Origin: Botryllus schlosseri
Lineage: Eukaryota
DNA: 64,000 nt
NCBI GenBank assembly: GCA_051294905.1
Contig: CM119371.1
Location: forward strand, 26,972,001-27,036,000
Direction: 5' to 3'
A model generated the notes under the pieces. That model made no database searches. It was not told the origin of the DNA and saw only the letters and a program-made list of their open reading frames with translations. The position numbers and the translations under genes were made by a program. The number at the start of each line of letters is the position of its first letter. The first letter of the stretch is position 1. Below are positions 63,177 to 64,000 of this stretch, piece by piece.

Positions 63177-64000
63177 CAGACTCGAGTCAACTTTTTCGTG
63201 TGACTTGACTTGACTCGAGTCACTTTGCAAAAATTACTTGACTTGACTTGACTCGACGCTTCAGAAATGTGGATTGACTCGTGACTCGGAGCAAAATTTA
63301 CGAGTCAATTTCAAGTCATCAAGCAAACGGTGTCGATTAAATCTCTATATCTTGTTTATGTTCGGATTATTCGCGATACGCCGGCTTGACTTCTGAGAGA
63401 AATTTATCATACACTGATTGTACCTTTCACTGATCCCCCTTGTTACATCACAAATAAATTGATCGAAAACGAAATGATGGCAGCTTACGTTTATGTGCTA
63501 GCAGAAAAATAATCTAATAGCAACGTATCTGTTTCTTAGGCGGCTCAGTGCTTACATCGCGCAGTGCCCACCTTAACCAATCATCTCCTTGTATGATTTG
63601 AATCGAACGAATAAAGTTTATGCGCTCATATTCTCACGGATGGGTAGTGTATTATGCCATATCAACTTGTTTCAACTTCTCGACGCTTCGTATTCGATCC
63701 TCTATTTTGGTTCGCGTATTTTATTAGCTGCTCTACGTCTGTGAGAGCGATACAACGCCTTTTTGCATATATATTTGACTTGATACTTAGTATTTTATTC
63801 AAGATATATGACCAATACATCTGTCTTTCACACATCCAGTAAAATGTAATGACTTACTCATAATTCGAAATTTCAAGTTGACTTGAATTGTGACTTGACT
63901 CGTGACTTGACTTGACTTGACTCGACTTGACTCGAGTCACCTCTAAAAATCGAGTGACTTGACTTGACTCGAGTCACCTTCGAAAATCAATTGACTTGAC
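63177..64000. mobile_element. TGACTCGAGTCA MITE, copy 3 (left TIR missing, right end beyond window)
   Basis: Colinear with 1835-2665 (e.g. GCAAAATT.ACGAGTCAATTTCAAGTCATCAAG; GAGTCACCTTCGAAAATC). Confidence 0.88.

Overview
AT-rich eukaryotic (animal) genomic DNA, not prokaryotic. Most ORFs in the six-frame track are spurious. The very short GT-AG introns and the lectin family suggest an ascidian/tunicate-like invertebrate (inference only). Reading splice sites by hand gives three intact paralogous 8-exon genes: 20366-22178 (+), 37160-38593 (-) and 47378-49605 (-). Each encodes a ~300-aa secreted protein with a signal peptide, a helical/acidic stalk built from tiny symmetric phase-1 exons, and a divergent C-type lectin-like domain lacking EPN/QPD/WND. 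The genes sit among nested non-autonomous hAT DNA transposons/MITEs; about 18 have TIRs and 8-bp TSDs that can be read directly. Also present: two large palindromic (foldback) elements made from hATm-like transposase remnants, a 5'-truncated L2/CR1-clade LINE, a tRNA-derived SINE whose 3' hairpin and (TC)n tail resemble that LINE's, a tRNA-Ser(UGA) gene, a tRNA-Thr pseudogene and a 79-bp minisatellite. No CRISPR, rRNA or prokaryote-type system was found.
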